Assembly (NCBI RefSeq): GCF_036365525.1
Contig: NC_090373.1
Span: 64,238,441 to 64,302,440 of the forward strand
Origin: Heterodontus francisci
Taxonomy: Eukaryota
Reading direction: 5' to 3'
DNA length: 64,000 nucleotides
Shown here: positions 12,151 through 24,568 of the stretch, piece after piece
Numbering within the stretch: position 1 is the first letter of the stretch
Layout: each line of letters begins with the position of its first letter
Notes under the pieces: generated by a model
What the model saw: the letters and a program-made list of their open reading frames with translations, nothing else
Told to the model about the DNA's origin: nothing
Databases searched by the model: none
Translations under genes and position numbers: made by a program

Positions 12151-14059
12151 ATGGTCCTAATGTAAACTGCCATGCAAAATGTCAGATTTTAAGGAAGATA
12201 TAAAGGTTTCTACTGTTTTACCTAATAAGGTTCCTAAAGCCCTACTGAGGATGAGCATTGTATTTTCTGAGAGAAATTCTACAACACCTTTTTTGTTCTC
12301 AATTAACTTTTGAGTGAGATTATCAAATTTTACCCAATAGCGCCAATTTCAAAGGCAGTCTTTCAAAAGCTGAAAAGTTGTACATATTGAGAACTGTTTT
12401 GAAATTGCCTGGGGCTATTTCTCATTGCTACCAGATCCATCTTGCCTTGAATCATGCAACAAACATAGATAAAAACATATTATTTAAATTTGAGATGAAA
12501 ACTGGTAGTAATAAATGTCTTCTGTGATATGCATATTAAATGCATATAGATGGTTCCCAATCTCTGAAGAATTTACTGACGGGAAAACACAATACAAGTT
12601 TTTTTAGTCAATAAAGTTCAATAACTAGACCAGCAGTTGCTTCTAAAAATGAATGGCTTTCCCTTTCTGTTTTGACAGTAACCCTACATTAAATAACAAA
12701 CCATCTACTGCAATGTTAGATTAAATATCAAAACACTTACATAAAACAATCAAAACAGGAATACTACATCTCTGAAGCAAGCAAGCCCCTGCCTCTTCAC
12801 TTAAAACATTGTTACCTTAGACTTGGTAGTTCAAATGACGTTCAATTATTTTACTCCCATATGTTTGTGATTAAAGAATAATCCAAACTGTTGAACAAAT
12901 ATTATAAATCATAGGTTTGTCACGGTTTGCAGATGTCAGGATGGAAATTTTCAACCTTAATCTTTTCTCTGACTCCAGATTTATATTAATGACAATTATT
13001 CCTTAGTCTTGCTTATGAGAGAGTGCCATAAATTATAGTTGAAGGAGAAATAAACTACATGGTGCCTAAGGCGGCTTTCAGCTAGCTTTTTAACTCCCTG
13101 AGTGCTAAATGAAGTACTTGTATCCAGCTGCTCTATTTGAAAGAGCGAAAAGTGTTTTGAAGTTTTGTGAAAGTCATTTTAACTTTGGGTGATGATGTAA
13201 AATAGGTAATATTGATCCAGCTGCCCTTTATAATCTTTCACAATTTTTGTTCCCATTGCTAATTCATTACCTTTGAACTGCAATTACCTGTTATGTGGGC
13301 AATTATAACAGCCTTACCTACCTTAGTACCCGACCATCCCCGCAGGATAGACAGCTCCCTCCCTCAATCTCCCTCCCCTCAATCACCTCCCACATTTGCT
13401 CTCCCCGCCACCCCCCCAATCGAAACCTGCTGCACAGTAGTATCAAATCGCTATACAATACAGCACCTTAAGAAGGCCATCACCTTCTCAAGGCAATGAG
13501 GGATGGGCAATAAATGCTGGCCTTGCCAGCGATGCCCAAATCCTGAGAATGATTAATACAAAGAAAAGAGTGCACACCATTTGTTTCAGTCCAATTGCGC
13601 AACTTGGAAGGGGATGGAATCAGATACTGTTCTGAGAAAACCACAAATCTGATGCCTAGTATCAGAGGACAAAGCTATGAGCAGAGTTTTCAGTAGCCTG
13701 ATGCAGATAAGTAAGCTCATAAATTATATAGAAAAAGCAGACCTACAAAATTATTTCAAACTAAACTATGCCACTCAGGCAAAGAGACGAAAGGATGATG
13801 GTAACCCTGCTCGGCTAGCACTTCAGCATGGAGGGAAGATCCTGCAGAATGGCATGGCTGGTGGTGCCAGCTGAAGATCCTATTTGTTTTTGTAAACTTG
13901 AAATTTAAATTAAATTAATTGGTTAGCTGCACTAGAGAAAGTGACCATTGAAAATGTAATCCCTGCCCCAACCCCTGCTCAACCCAGAGTATTCGTGAAT
14001 GCTGGGAATACAGGCGAGTACAGGATGTAAACTAAAACATAGCAATTAAGGTTAATCAA

Positions 14060-14870
14060 CAAAAAACAGGTGAGTTTGGATCAGGTGGGAAGAAAAAATC
14101 TGAAAAATCTGAAACAGGAGCCCAACCCACCTTAAACCTTCCAGTTTTAAAGGAGACGGGATGAGGGACGATTGACTAATCCGCTCTCAGGAAGAGGGTC
14201 GGTCATTGAAAGCTTTTAAGGAGGCTGTGTGGCTCCAATTTAGCAAGATTACTATTTTTAACCACAGTCAGCCAGGTTTCCCGGGCTTTGCGAAAACCAG
14301 CAGGTAAAAAGGAGATGAGGAGGTCTGGATCCATCAGATAAGTGCACTTACAGCTCGTGGGCCAAGAGGAGAGGAGTGATTCCACCCAGCCCAATAAGCT
14401 AACCTGTAAACACCGACCTCACCACCATGATTTGCTCCCAAAGCAAACCAACTCCATCACTAAACCTCACCCGCCTGTGATCATTAATCACCTCCCCACC
14501 CTGATCATCGAGCCACCAATCTCCAATCACCAATCACCCTCCAATCTCTCTCCAACCCTCCTGATCTTCACAACCTCCCACCGTGATCTCCCCTGAGCCT
14601 CCCAACCATTCCCTGCCCACCCTTGTGATCTCTAACCTGGACATGCAATAAACCTACATGCTCCTAGGCTCCAGCTTTTTCTGGTGTGTTCCTCACCCAA
14701 CAAGTAGCAAAGCCTGTCAACCACACTAACTTCCAGAAAGAGAAGCCTGTTCAAAAAAGAAAAGAGGCCATGGAGTTAAAACTACATGGTGGTTGGAGAC
14801 TATAAATCCTCCACCTCTCCCGCACCCAACTCACATTCCCAGCCCCAGTAAATATCAAGGTCATGGGTTC
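14060..14870. repeat. Interspersed repeat shared with ~43450-44010
   Basis: Both share 'aaatctgaaacagga.cccaaccc...cggtcattgaaa.cttttaa...ttttaaccacagt...gtaagtgca'. Confidence 0.7.
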
Positions 14871-15688
14871 CCTGGGGCGAATGCATTGCCTAACTATCAT
14901 CTTCTAGCTCTATGTTGACTTCACAGCATAGCATCAAACTTTGTTTTTTAACAGCAATCTTGTATTTAACCAATCTTAGTAGTTAACAGACTTGGTGTAT
15001 ACTGAACCTGCTATGGTTGTAATCCTTTCATTCACAAATTAAAGTTACAGTCAAATTAAAGCAAAAATGTTGCACCCCTTCTATTTATTCAATTAACAGC
15101 ATCAAAGTAATCTTCAATAACTGAAAGTTGTAAAGCCTGATAGTAGCCCAGCAGCTTTTGTGATACAAATTACAATTCACATCTCATGCTCACAGGGTTA
15201 AGATTAAAAATCTTTTCAATTGCCCATTATTGTAATAGTGAATTCAAGTAAGTGGCCTGTCAACTATGATAAAAATCACACCTAAATCATTCCTCATGCA
15301 CCCTGTTGTGCAAACCGCATGATACACATTAAATTAGTTTTCCAAAGCTTTCACCCACATTTTCTCTAATTGCTGTCCTCCTCACGAGTAAACCATATAT
15401 TGTTTCATTTAAACCCTTAAAATTTTCATGTGCTTTCACCTGTTACTGTAATTCAGTTTTCTGAAAACCTTATTTGTGCACGAATCTTATTCCTTCAAAA
15501 TCTCAGCAATATGACTTTGCTCAGGCAAGTGGTCCTTTATCAAAACACAGAGATGATTATGCTTCACTACAGTATACAGTACTTGACAGAACAGCAGCAA
15601 TTTTTGAAAAGTGACAGTTTACGGCCCATTGTTTGACTGTCAGCATTTCAATAAATGCACCTTTCGTGTTAAACATACCTATTGGAAA

Positions 15689-16627
15689 TAAAAACAGAAA
15701 GTGCTGGAAATAGACAGCAGGTCTGGCAGCATCTGTATAGAGAGAAAAACAGAGTTAACGCGGGGGAATTTCATGCTGGCAGCAGGGGTCTTGACATCGG
15801 GAGAAACCAACACCGAGATCCCCATGTCATCTCTTGTACGGAAGATCCGCCGTATTAAGTGACAACTGGACAATGGCGGGCCTTCTGTAGGATTTAGGAC
15901 CCTGTTGCCGGAAGTCCCGGCCTTGCAGAGCTGTTAGCCAATCAGAGGCCAGCAGTTGCAGCACCACCGTGGAGGCACTGTAACCAGGATTCAGATAGGT
16001 CAGGGCGGGAGGGGTTGCGCGGAGTGGCGTTTGCAGTGGAGGGGCGGGGTGTGAGGAGGGCTGGCAGCATGGTCAGGGTGAGAGGGGTCTCACGGGGTGC
16101 GGTTTGCAGTGGGGGGTGGAGGGGGTTTGAGAGCAAGGGCAGGGGGGTGGCCCTCAGCGGGCCCCCCTTCCTGATGACAGGGCCCTTGTTCAGGCACTAA
16201 GTGCCTTTGAACAAGGGCACCCCAACCCCCACCACCCCCCCACACCCCACCTCGCAGCAGGGAAGCAGCCCACACAGTTTTTGGCGTCGTGCTTCCTGTG
16301 CAGCGACAGGGCCGCCCACCGCATGGCTAATTGTGGCTGCGGCGGAAAGAAGCCCTTAATTAGGGATTCATTACCCAATTAAGGGCCTCAATTTCAGTGA
16401 AGACGGGATGGTGGCAGGGTCCCCCACAGTCCTCCCCACCTCCAAACCCGCCCTGAGGGAGAGCATAAAACTCCACCCAACATTTCAGGTCTGTGACCTT
16501 TCATTAGGGTCACAAACCTGAAAGGTTAACTCTGTTTCTCTCTGCACAGATGCTGCCAGATCTGCTGAGTATTTCCAGCACTTTCTGTTTTTATTTCAGA
16601 TTTCCAGCATCCACAGCTTTTGTTTTT
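15689..16627. mobile_element. Penelope-type inverted-repeat element with 14-bp TSD
   Basis: Arms aaaacagaaagtgctggaaata..cagcaggtctggcagcatctg..agagttaac and its reverse complement (~16525-16590). TSD atacctattggaaa at 15675-15688 and 16628-16641. Same-family fragments at ~10670-10715 and 44913-44989. Confidence 0.75.
15760..16478. mobile_element. GC-rich Harbinger-type MITE inserted in the Penelope-type element
   Basis: Imperfect TIRs gcgggggaattt...aaaactccaccc; TSD aac/aac. Confidence 0.8.
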
Positions 16628-17059
16628 ATACCTATTGGAAAACCTGGTTGAAATACATTGAATGGTTTCAAGTCTTCTTTCAAATGGATTCCCAGCATAT
16701 TGTAATAGGAGTAAATAAATAATCTGGATTTCAAGATTCAGTTCAATGTAGCTTGAACTAACCAAAACCCTTCAATCTCAATGAATATATATTGACTGGA
16801 TTTTAATTTGGAGATACACTGGGAGAAGGGTGGGTTGTGGGGCTTGCCACGAGCACAGCAAACACAGTAAGCACAGCACATCACTTAGTGGATTTTTAAT
16901 TCAGCCACCTCATCATCATTTTACTTCTGGGTTTCCCATCCAATTAGTCTCAGTGGACGATATGAATGAGGTGATTACAACTCCAGTATTTAAAGAGACA
17001 CACCAAACACCCAAATTGAAGCAGCTGGAGTTGCCATGGAGAGATACAGCACTATTGCA

Positions 17060-19095
17060 ATGAAGTTCAGATGAGCAAAGGCTGTGCCCCACTTCAATGA
17101 CACCTCTTGGATGTGCTGCTGGGTCTGTAAGGACCCAGAGGCAGATATTGTGGTCAGAGAAAGAAGTCTGTTGGTGACACAAAGGCAGGAATTTTACGTG
17201 GCAGCAAAGGCCCTGCCCATCAGCTTAAAAGTCGCGGGCTCAGGCCTTTAATTTGCCTCGGGCAGGACTTCTGCCCCTCTGAGGCAGGAACTCCCCCCTC
17301 CAAGAGTTGCTGGCCAATCAGCGGGCCGGCAGCTCTTCAGCTCCAACAACACCACCAGGAATGGTGGCCATTGCTGGGACTGCACCCAGCCAGAAGTGGA
17401 CCTGGACATCTGTCTCCATAAAGGTGAGTAGGGTTTTGGGCCTCACCTGAGGACACCCGGCTGGGCTCTGACATTGGAGCGGGGGATCGCTCAGGAGGGC
17501 AGGAGGAGGTGCTCCATCGGGGATAATTTATGATGCTGGGAGGGCATTCTGTGGGGTACAGGGTGGTACTGGGCAGCCTCCTTAATTGCTGAAGATACGG
17601 CCACCACTAGTAAAATGCCAATGGCGGCAGATGGAGGCCCTAAATTGACACATAATTGTCCCCTTAAGGGCCTCAATTGGCCTGGGGAGGGTGGGCTGTT
17701 TTCAACCTCCACCACTGCTGGTAAAATGGCAGCAGGGGTAGGTAGGCATTGGGAATAGCACCCCCTGCCTCCCATTCGATTTTATGCCCCCCCCCCCCCC
17801 AACCAGGCCTCCAGCCTCTCCCATAGGGTCATAAAATTCCAGCCAAGGAAGGTGTGATTGGAGATTGCCCAGGAGGTGAGCAGTAGGAGTGTGCTGCCAC
17901 ACCCCTGGATCTAATGCAGGAAGTGATTCAATAACCTCAGCAGGACAGAAAATGGCTCATTGCCCCACATCCTGCTGTGCAACTCTCCCTTACCCCCTCA
18001 CTCTGCCTTCTCAAACCTGCTCCAGCACATCCTCCTCATGCCAACTTACCTTACAGGTACACACATTTCTCTCTGTCTATGCACTTCCTCAGATCCCCAT
18101 TTGTCCATCCACCACTGACCTTCATTATTATTCAATTTCATGCCTCACCATTATAGTTATCTTCAACAAATGCTCTCCATTCACCTATTCAACACATAGA
18201 ATTACTCTCACTCATAAGTCTCCCTTGCAGGAGAAGAGAGCACAGGACACCAGGGAGAGGCCAAGAACCAGTGGTCCTACAGCCATCTCACAGCTAACAC
18301 CTGTAGAGGAGGAGGTGCTGGAGATCAGTGGAGTCCCTGTGTACGTGGCTATTGGAGATGGGGAGATGGGGACCTGCCAGCTACCTGGTGACAGAATTAA
18401 ATATCAGACAGCCACATGACATAAAGCACTCAGTCATGTTTATTTGATGTCAACAGCCACTGAAATATGATCATGTACATTATGATAACATCAAGCACTC
18501 TTATCTTGACTCGATGGGCTGAATGGCCTCCTTCTGTACTGTAAATGACTCTATTCATTCATGTCTTTTAACTTCCGCAGGGCTTCACATCAGGAGGCAG
18601 TCAAAGTTGCACTGGATGATGCTGACTCCACAAAGAAATTCACTCCCTTTGAAGGTGCACTGTCACAAAATTTATACAGACCATGCACAATTCTGATACA
18701 TGCATATTGGTGGAAAAAGTTAGCGAGATAGTTTGGTTTTTACTTGGTGATTTGCATTTCGCAACTGAGCAAGAGCAGATTATGGAGTCAGGGACAGAAG
18801 TGGAGCATTCACATTGGTGGATACAGGACTCTCCAAGCTCTGCTGAGCTGGACACAGATGCTGTGCCTTGGTGGCTGTCAAAATGGGATACTTCTTGAGC
18901 AGTAGCAGAGAGTGCGATGTATTGGCAGGCATTCCAACCATGCTGTGCATACTTGCAGAGAGATTGGAGGAGACCATCTCAAGCATGAATAGCATGATGT
19001 TTCAGACCTTTGTGATGATGTCTTCATCCATGGTCACCTGCATGAAGCAGCAAACACGGCAATCAAACAAGTGCATGCAGGCCTTCAACAACTAA
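17060..19095 (+). pseudogene. Harbinger Myb/SANT-like accessory gene remnant, apparently intron-containing
   Basis: AKAVPHFNDTS..DVLL (17075-17125); after the MITE, LEIAQEVSSRSVLPHPWI*CRK*FNNL (Myb/SANT-like); acceptor cccttgcag|gag then EKRAQDTRERPRTSGPT..LTPVEEEVLEISG. Confidence 0.7.
17184..17844. mobile_element. GC-rich Harbinger-type MITE
   Basis: TIRs ggcaggaatttta...taaaattccagcc; flanks aaa/aag. Confidence 0.8.
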
Positions 19096-20143
19096 AGATT
19101 ATCAGAAACCTTGCAAAAACAAGTATTTGCGTAATTTCTGCCCATCTCCTGCCAAAGTTACAACGGGGGATCAAGCGAGGCCCTCCAGAAATTCCAGGAG
19201 CAAATGCCTGGAAATCATGTCAGTTATGTGTCTTCATTATCTCTTAAGGTTAATGATAGCTGTCCTCTCATTAAATATTTAGAGCTGACCATAATACTCC
19301 AAGTGAGGTCTAAGCAAAGCCTTTGACATCAACAAGGCAGCTTATTTTAAGTTGTATTCTATTCCACCTATAATGTAACCCAGAAACCCTCTTGACTTTT
19401 CTTTTAGCAGCAGTTAAATACTATTCTGACACTACTATCTCTAGGACTTACAAGGCTTTACTGCATGTTTTTGTCATAACTGCATACTTCATGAACTTTA
19501 CAATGAGAAGATGCATTTGTGATTATAAATGACAAACCTATTCAGTCTGCAGATTACAACGCAGCCTCTGAGGAGCAAATAGTGATTTTTGCACCTCAGT
19601 TGGAATGTCTGCACAATGATTTTCTTTAGTCTCATCAGCAATTTTCTTCATGGCCTTTGATGAGCAGTGTGGGACAGCTTTGACCTTTCTGGTATGTTCC
19701 AATTCACACCTTGCTTAAGGTCATTGATTCTTTTGCAACGATTGTAGACCTTACTGCAAACATAAGTAGAACAATTTGTGGAATCGTCAGTGAGGTGGAC
19801 AGAATGGGTTGCTGTCTGGAAAAGATTAATTTCTTTTTTTCTGTTTTTGATGACAGTTATTTAAAAAATCCCCAACACTGAAGTCTGGCCCCCCTCTGTT
19901 ATCTCTAGCCTGCCATTTTTCAAATTTACCACCATCAGTGTAATAAGTCATCACTTGCAAAATGAGTGTCTCATTTGCATGGCTAAGTATTTTAAATTAG
20001 AAAAAGAATCAACTAATATGTAAATGACAGCTGAATTTTAAAAGCACTGAAATTATAAATAGGGATCAATTAATTTTGGCGCAAAGTAAACAGAGCTAAC
20101 AGATAACAGCTGACAGCATGATTATCTAATGCAACTTTATATC

Positions 20144-21212
20144 TGTTAGTATGAAATAACCTTTCTCCTTGCTTGGATTAGGTTTATTTAAACAACAACA
20201 AAATGAACTATTTATTAATAAACCAAGTTTTAAACGATAATGAGATGAATCTATATGTATGAAAAGACGTTATAACTCTTTAATCTTCCTAACCCTCATG
20301 CACACACATACATTCAATTACTAACAGTTAACCAGGGAAAATGGCAATAATGACTTTATGACAGTTTCTTAGCAATAATAAAATAACTGGGTTGTAACTT
20401 CTGGTAGTATTTTCCTGGATCGGTGAGGTGTCCCAGAGTCAAATAGTCAGATGCTACTCATCTATCCAGGTGAAATTAACGAACAATCTGTGGTGGGTAG
20501 GTGTTCAAGGTAGTTCATCTGCAGCAGGTATCACACAGATCTTTCAGCAACAGGTCTATTTAAATTTTAAAGTAGCAGTCTAACAGTAGAAACTTTCTTG
20601 AGATTTCAGGTACTTCCATAACACAATAGTCAACAGGACTTACTTTTAGCAAAGGAGCCTTCTCCACAGAGCACAGCAACTACAGAACTCACTCTTGAGG
20701 CATGGATTCTTGACTGGAGGCAACAGCAACCTTTCTCCAAAGCAGTGCTTCTCCACAGAGTGTAGCAATTCCTTTTTTCTCTGGGTCGCTTCCTCTCTTC
20801 AGGTATAAACAGAACGAGGGTTTTAGCTCCCAGACATTAGATTTGCAACACCTTTGTAGTCCTTTTGACTTTATGAAGAGATTAGTATTTTCCTTGATAC
20901 AGGAATTATTTTTCAAGAGAATGAGTTTTCTCTGGGCTGTATTCCTGGCCAGTTTCCAGCAGTAACTCTTTTAACTGCTCACAGCTCCCTTGCTCTCTTT
21001 TACACTGCCAAAAAGTGAAACTGAAAGCATCCAACAATCCAAATCACAAGATTGCCATAAATCCTTCAGGTTGCTTGGATACAAATTGCTCTGCAGCCTG
21101 CACTCTTCAAACACTAAGCCTCTGCAGTCATAGCTCACAAAATATCTTATTTATCAATCTTAAAGGCACACAGACCTCTTAGATTTTAAAGAAAAACAAA
21201 AATCTTATGACA
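20144..21212 (-). mobile_element. Solo LTR-like element
   Basis: tgttag...tatgaca termini. Shares the 'tttatt...aaca...cacacacattca' layout with the LTRs at 5393 and 60792. No TSD recognised. Confidence 0.55.
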
Positions 21213-21376
21213 CTAGACTTCAAAAATTCTTCATTGGTTGTACAGTGCTTTGGAAAATCCTAAAGTTGTGAATACTGTTATATAAATGCAAGATTTATTT
21301 ATTCATTTAATAATTTGTTTATTCTTCTTTTGGGCCTCCTTATCTCGAGAGACAATGGATACGCGCCTGGAGGTGG

Positions 21377-24300
21377 TCAGTGGTTTGTGAAGCAGCGCCT
21401 GGAGTGGCTATAAAGGCCAATTCTGGAGTGACAGGCTCTTCCACAGGTGCTGCAGAGAAATTTGTTTGTTGGGGCTGTTGCACAGTTGGCTCTCCCCTTG
21501 CGCCTCTGTCTTTTTTCCTGCCAACTACTAAGTCTCTTCGACTCGCCACAATTTAGCCCTGTCTTTATTGCTGCCCGCCAGCTCTGGCGAATGCTGGCAA
21601 CTGACTCCCACGACTTGTGATCAATGTCACACGATTTCATGTCGCGTTTGCAGACGTCTTTATAACGGAGACATGGACGGCCGGTGGGTCTGATACCAGT
21701 GGCGAGCTCGCTGTACAATGTGTCTTTGGGGATCCTGCCATCTTCCATGCGGCTCACATGGCCAAGCCATCTCAAGCGCCGCTGACTCAGTAGTGTGTAT
21801 AAGCTGGGGGTGTTGGCCGCTTCAAGGACTTCTGTGTTGGAGATATAGTCCTGCCACCTGATGCCAAGTATTCTCCGAAGGCAGCGAAGATGGAATGAAT
21901 TGAGACGTCGCTCTTGGCTGGCATACGTTGTCCAGGCCTCGCTGCCGTAGAGCAAGGTACTGAGGACACAGGCCTGATACACTCGGACTTTTGTGTTCCG
22001 TGTCAGTGCGCCATTTTCCCACACTCTCTTGGCCAGTCTGGACATAGCAGTGGAAGCCTTACCCATGCGCTTGTTGATTTCTGCATCTAGAGACAGGTTA
22101 CTGGTGATAGTTGAGCCTAGGTAGGTGAACTCTTGAACCACTTCCAGAGCGTGGTCGCCAATATTGATGGATGGAGCATTTCTGACATCCTGCCCCATGA
22201 TGTTTGTTTTCTTGAGGCTGATGGTTAGGCCAAATTCATTGCAGGCAGACGCAAACCTGTCGATGAGACTCTGCAGGCATTCTTCAGTGTGAGATGTTAA
22301 AGCAGCATCGTCAGCAAAGAGGAGTTCTCTGATGAGGACTTTCCGTACTTTGGACTTCGCTCTTAGACGGGCAAGGTTGAACAACCTGCCCCCTGATCTT
22401 GTGTGGAGGAAAATTCCTTCTTCAGAGGATTTGAACGCATGTGAAAGCAGCAGGGAGAAGAAAATCCCAAAAAGTGTGGGTGCAAGAACACAGCCCTGTT
22501 TCACACCACTCAGGATAGGAAAGGGCTCTGATGAGGAGCCACCATGTTGAATTGTGCCTTTCATATTGTCATGGAATGAGGTGATGAAACTTAGTAGCTT
22601 TGGTGGACATCCGATCTTTTCTAGTAGTCTGAAGAGACCACGTCTGCTGACGAGGTCAAAGGCTTTGGTGAGATCAATGAAAGCAATGTGGAGGGGCATC
22701 TGTTGTTCACGGCATTTCTCCTGTATCTGACGAAGGGAGAACAGCATGTCAATAGTCGATCTCTCTGCACGAAAGCCACACTGTGCCTCAGGGTAGACGC
22801 GCTCGGCCAGCTTCTGGAGCCTGTTCAGAGCGACTCGAGCAAAGACTTTCCCCACTATGCTGAGCAGGGAGATTCCACGGTAGTTGTTGCAGTCACCGCG
22901 GTCACCTTTGTTTTTATAGAGGGTGATGATGTTGGCATCGCGCATGTCCTGGGGTACTGCTCCCTCGTCCCAGCACAGGCATAGCAGTTCATGTAGTGCT
23001 GAGAGTATAGCAGGCTTGGCACTCTTGATTATTTCAGGGGTAATGCTGTCCTTCCCAGGGGCTTTTCCGCTGGCTAGGGAATCAATGGCATCACTGAGTT
23101 CCGATTTGGTTGGCTGTATGTCCAGCTCATCCATGACTGGTAGAGGCTGGGCTGCATTGAGGGCAGTCTCAGTGACAGCATTCTCCCTGGAGTACAGTTC
23201 TAGGTAGTGCTCAACCCAGCGGTCCATCTGTTTGCGTTGGTCAGTGATTATGTCCCCTGATTTAGATTTGAGGGGGGTGATCTTCTTGATGGTTGGCCCA
23301 AGAGCTCTCTTCATGCCATCATACATTCCTCTGATGTTTCCGGTGTCTGAGGCCAGCTGAATATGACTGCATAGGTGTTGCCAGTAGTCGTTTGCGCAAC
23401 GCCTAGCTGTTCTTTGTGCAGTACTTCTGGCTGCTACAAGTGCTGCGGATGTTAAATCGCTGGGGGCTTTCTTGTAGTTCAAAAGTGCAATGCGCTTAGC
23501 GGCTATGACAGGTTCCAGCTCTTCAAAGTGAGATTGAAACCAGTCTGCATTTCTCTTCGCACTTTTGCCGTAGGTGGTCAAAGCTGACTCATAGATGGCG
23601 TCTCTGATGTGGGCCCACTTGGTCTCAGCATCCCCTGTGGGAGTGTTTTGAAGGGCTGACACAAGTGAATTTAGAAATTTTTGTAACAGCTGTGGGTGAG
23701 AAATTCTGCTCGTGTTGATGCGCGGGTGGCCCTTCTGCTTGGAATGATGCAACTTCTTTGGTCTGAGTCTAACCTTGCTGCACACCAGGGAGTGGTCGGT
23801 GTCGCAGTCCGCACTGTGGAAGCTGCGTGTGATTTGAACACTGTTTAAGGCGGCTCGCCTTGTGACAATGAGGTCTAGCTGGTGCCAACGACGTGATCTT
23901 GGGTGCCTCCATGAAACCTGGTGACAGGGTTTAGTGTGAAAGAACGAGTTGGTGATGCAGAGGTTATGATAGGTACACAACTCAAGCAGTCTCTGCCCGT
24001 TCTCATTCATCCTTCCAACGCCATAGCGCCCAAGGCAGGAGGGCCATGAGTCATGGTCGGCCCCAACCCTGGCATTAAAGTCCCCCAGCAGGAATAGGTG
24101 TTCGGTGTTGGGGATGCTGCTAATGATGTTATGGAGTTGTTCATAGAACTGGTCTTTAGCTTCAGGTGCGGAGCAGAGTGTTGGAGCATAGATGCTGAGT
24201 AGGTGTACTGGACCAGAGGTGGTGAGCAGTCGGATGGACAGTATGCGTTCCGAGCCATTTGAGGGAGGCTCTATCATGCTGAGCAAGGAGTTTCTGATGG

Positions 24301-24568
24301 CGAAGCCCACTCCATGCTGTCTTGGTTCTTCAGGATCCCTGCCCTGCCAGAAGAAGGTGTAGTCTTGCTCTGCTAGAGAGCCACTCGCAGGGAGGCGAGT
24401 CTCCTGAAGTGCTGCAATGTCCACATTGAATCTACTGAGCTCGTTGTTAATGATGGCGGTCTTCCGAGAATCGTTGATTTGTGTAAGGTCTTCCGACAGG
24501 CCAGGACACATAGTTCTGACGTTCCAGCTTGCAAAGCGAAGGGCTGGTACCTTCTTTCCTTTTTTCAT
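21377..24568 (-). CDS. RTE-clade LINE ORF: AP endonuclease, reverse transcriptase and C-terminal zinc finger (1063 aa)
   Basis: EN motifs SWNVRT, ALQETR, IYAPT, LGDFNA, DTDH; RT motifs YRGISLL, QCGFR, FIDLTKAFD, GVKQGC, LFADD, YLGS; RRLRWLGHV; C-terminal CSTCGRACHSRIGLYSHSRRC. No stops or frameshifts. Confidence 0.97.
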   Translation of the reverse strand: MKKGKKVPALRFASWNVRTMCPGLSEDLTQINDSRKTAIINNELSRFNVDIAALQETRLPASGSLAEQDYTFFWQGRDPEEPRQHGVGFAIRNSLLSMIEPPSNGSERILSIRLLTTSGPVHLLSIYAPTLCSAPEAKDQFYEQLHNIISSIPNTEHLFLLGDFNARVGADHDSWPSCLGRYGVGRMNENGQRLLELCTYHNLCITNSFFHTKPCHQVSWRHPRSRRWHQLDLIVTRRAALNSVQITRSFHSADCDTDHSLVCSKVRLRPKKLHHSKQKGHPRINTSRISHPQLLQKFLNSLVSALQNTPTGDAETKWAHIRDAIYESALTTYGKSAKRNADWFQSHFEELEPVIAAKRIALLNYKKAPSDLTSAALVAARSTAQRTARRCANDYWQHLCSHIQLASDTGNIRGMYDGMKRALGPTIKKITPLKSKSGDIITDQRKQMDRWVEHYLELYSRENAVTETALNAAQPLPVMDELDIQPTKSELSDAIDSLASGKAPGKDSITPEIIKSAKPAILSALHELLCLCWDEGAVPQDMRDANIITLYKNKGDRGDCNNYRGISLLSIVGKVFARVALNRLQKLAERVYPEAQCGFRAERSTIDMLFSLRQIQEKCREQQMPLHIAFIDLTKAFDLVSRRGLFRLLEKIGCPPKLLSFITSFHDNMKGTIQHGGSSSEPFPILSGVKQGCVLAPTLFGIFFSLLLSHAFKSSEEGIFLHTRSGGRLFNLARLRAKSKVRKVLIRELLFADDAALTSHTEECLQSLIDRFASACNEFGLTISLKKTNIMGQDVRNAPSINIGDHALEVVQEFTYLGSTITSNLSLDAEINKRMGKASTAMSRLAKRVWENGALTRNTKVRVYQACVLSTLLYGSEAWTTYASQERRLNSFHLRCLRRILGIRWQDYISNTEVLEAANTPSLYTLLSQRRLRWLGHVSRMEDGRIPKDTLYSELATGIRPTGRPCLRYKDVCKRDMKSCDIDHKSWESVASIRQSWRAAIKTGLNCGESKRLSSWQEKRQRRKGRANCATAPTNKFLCSTCGRACHSRIGLYSHSRRCFTNH

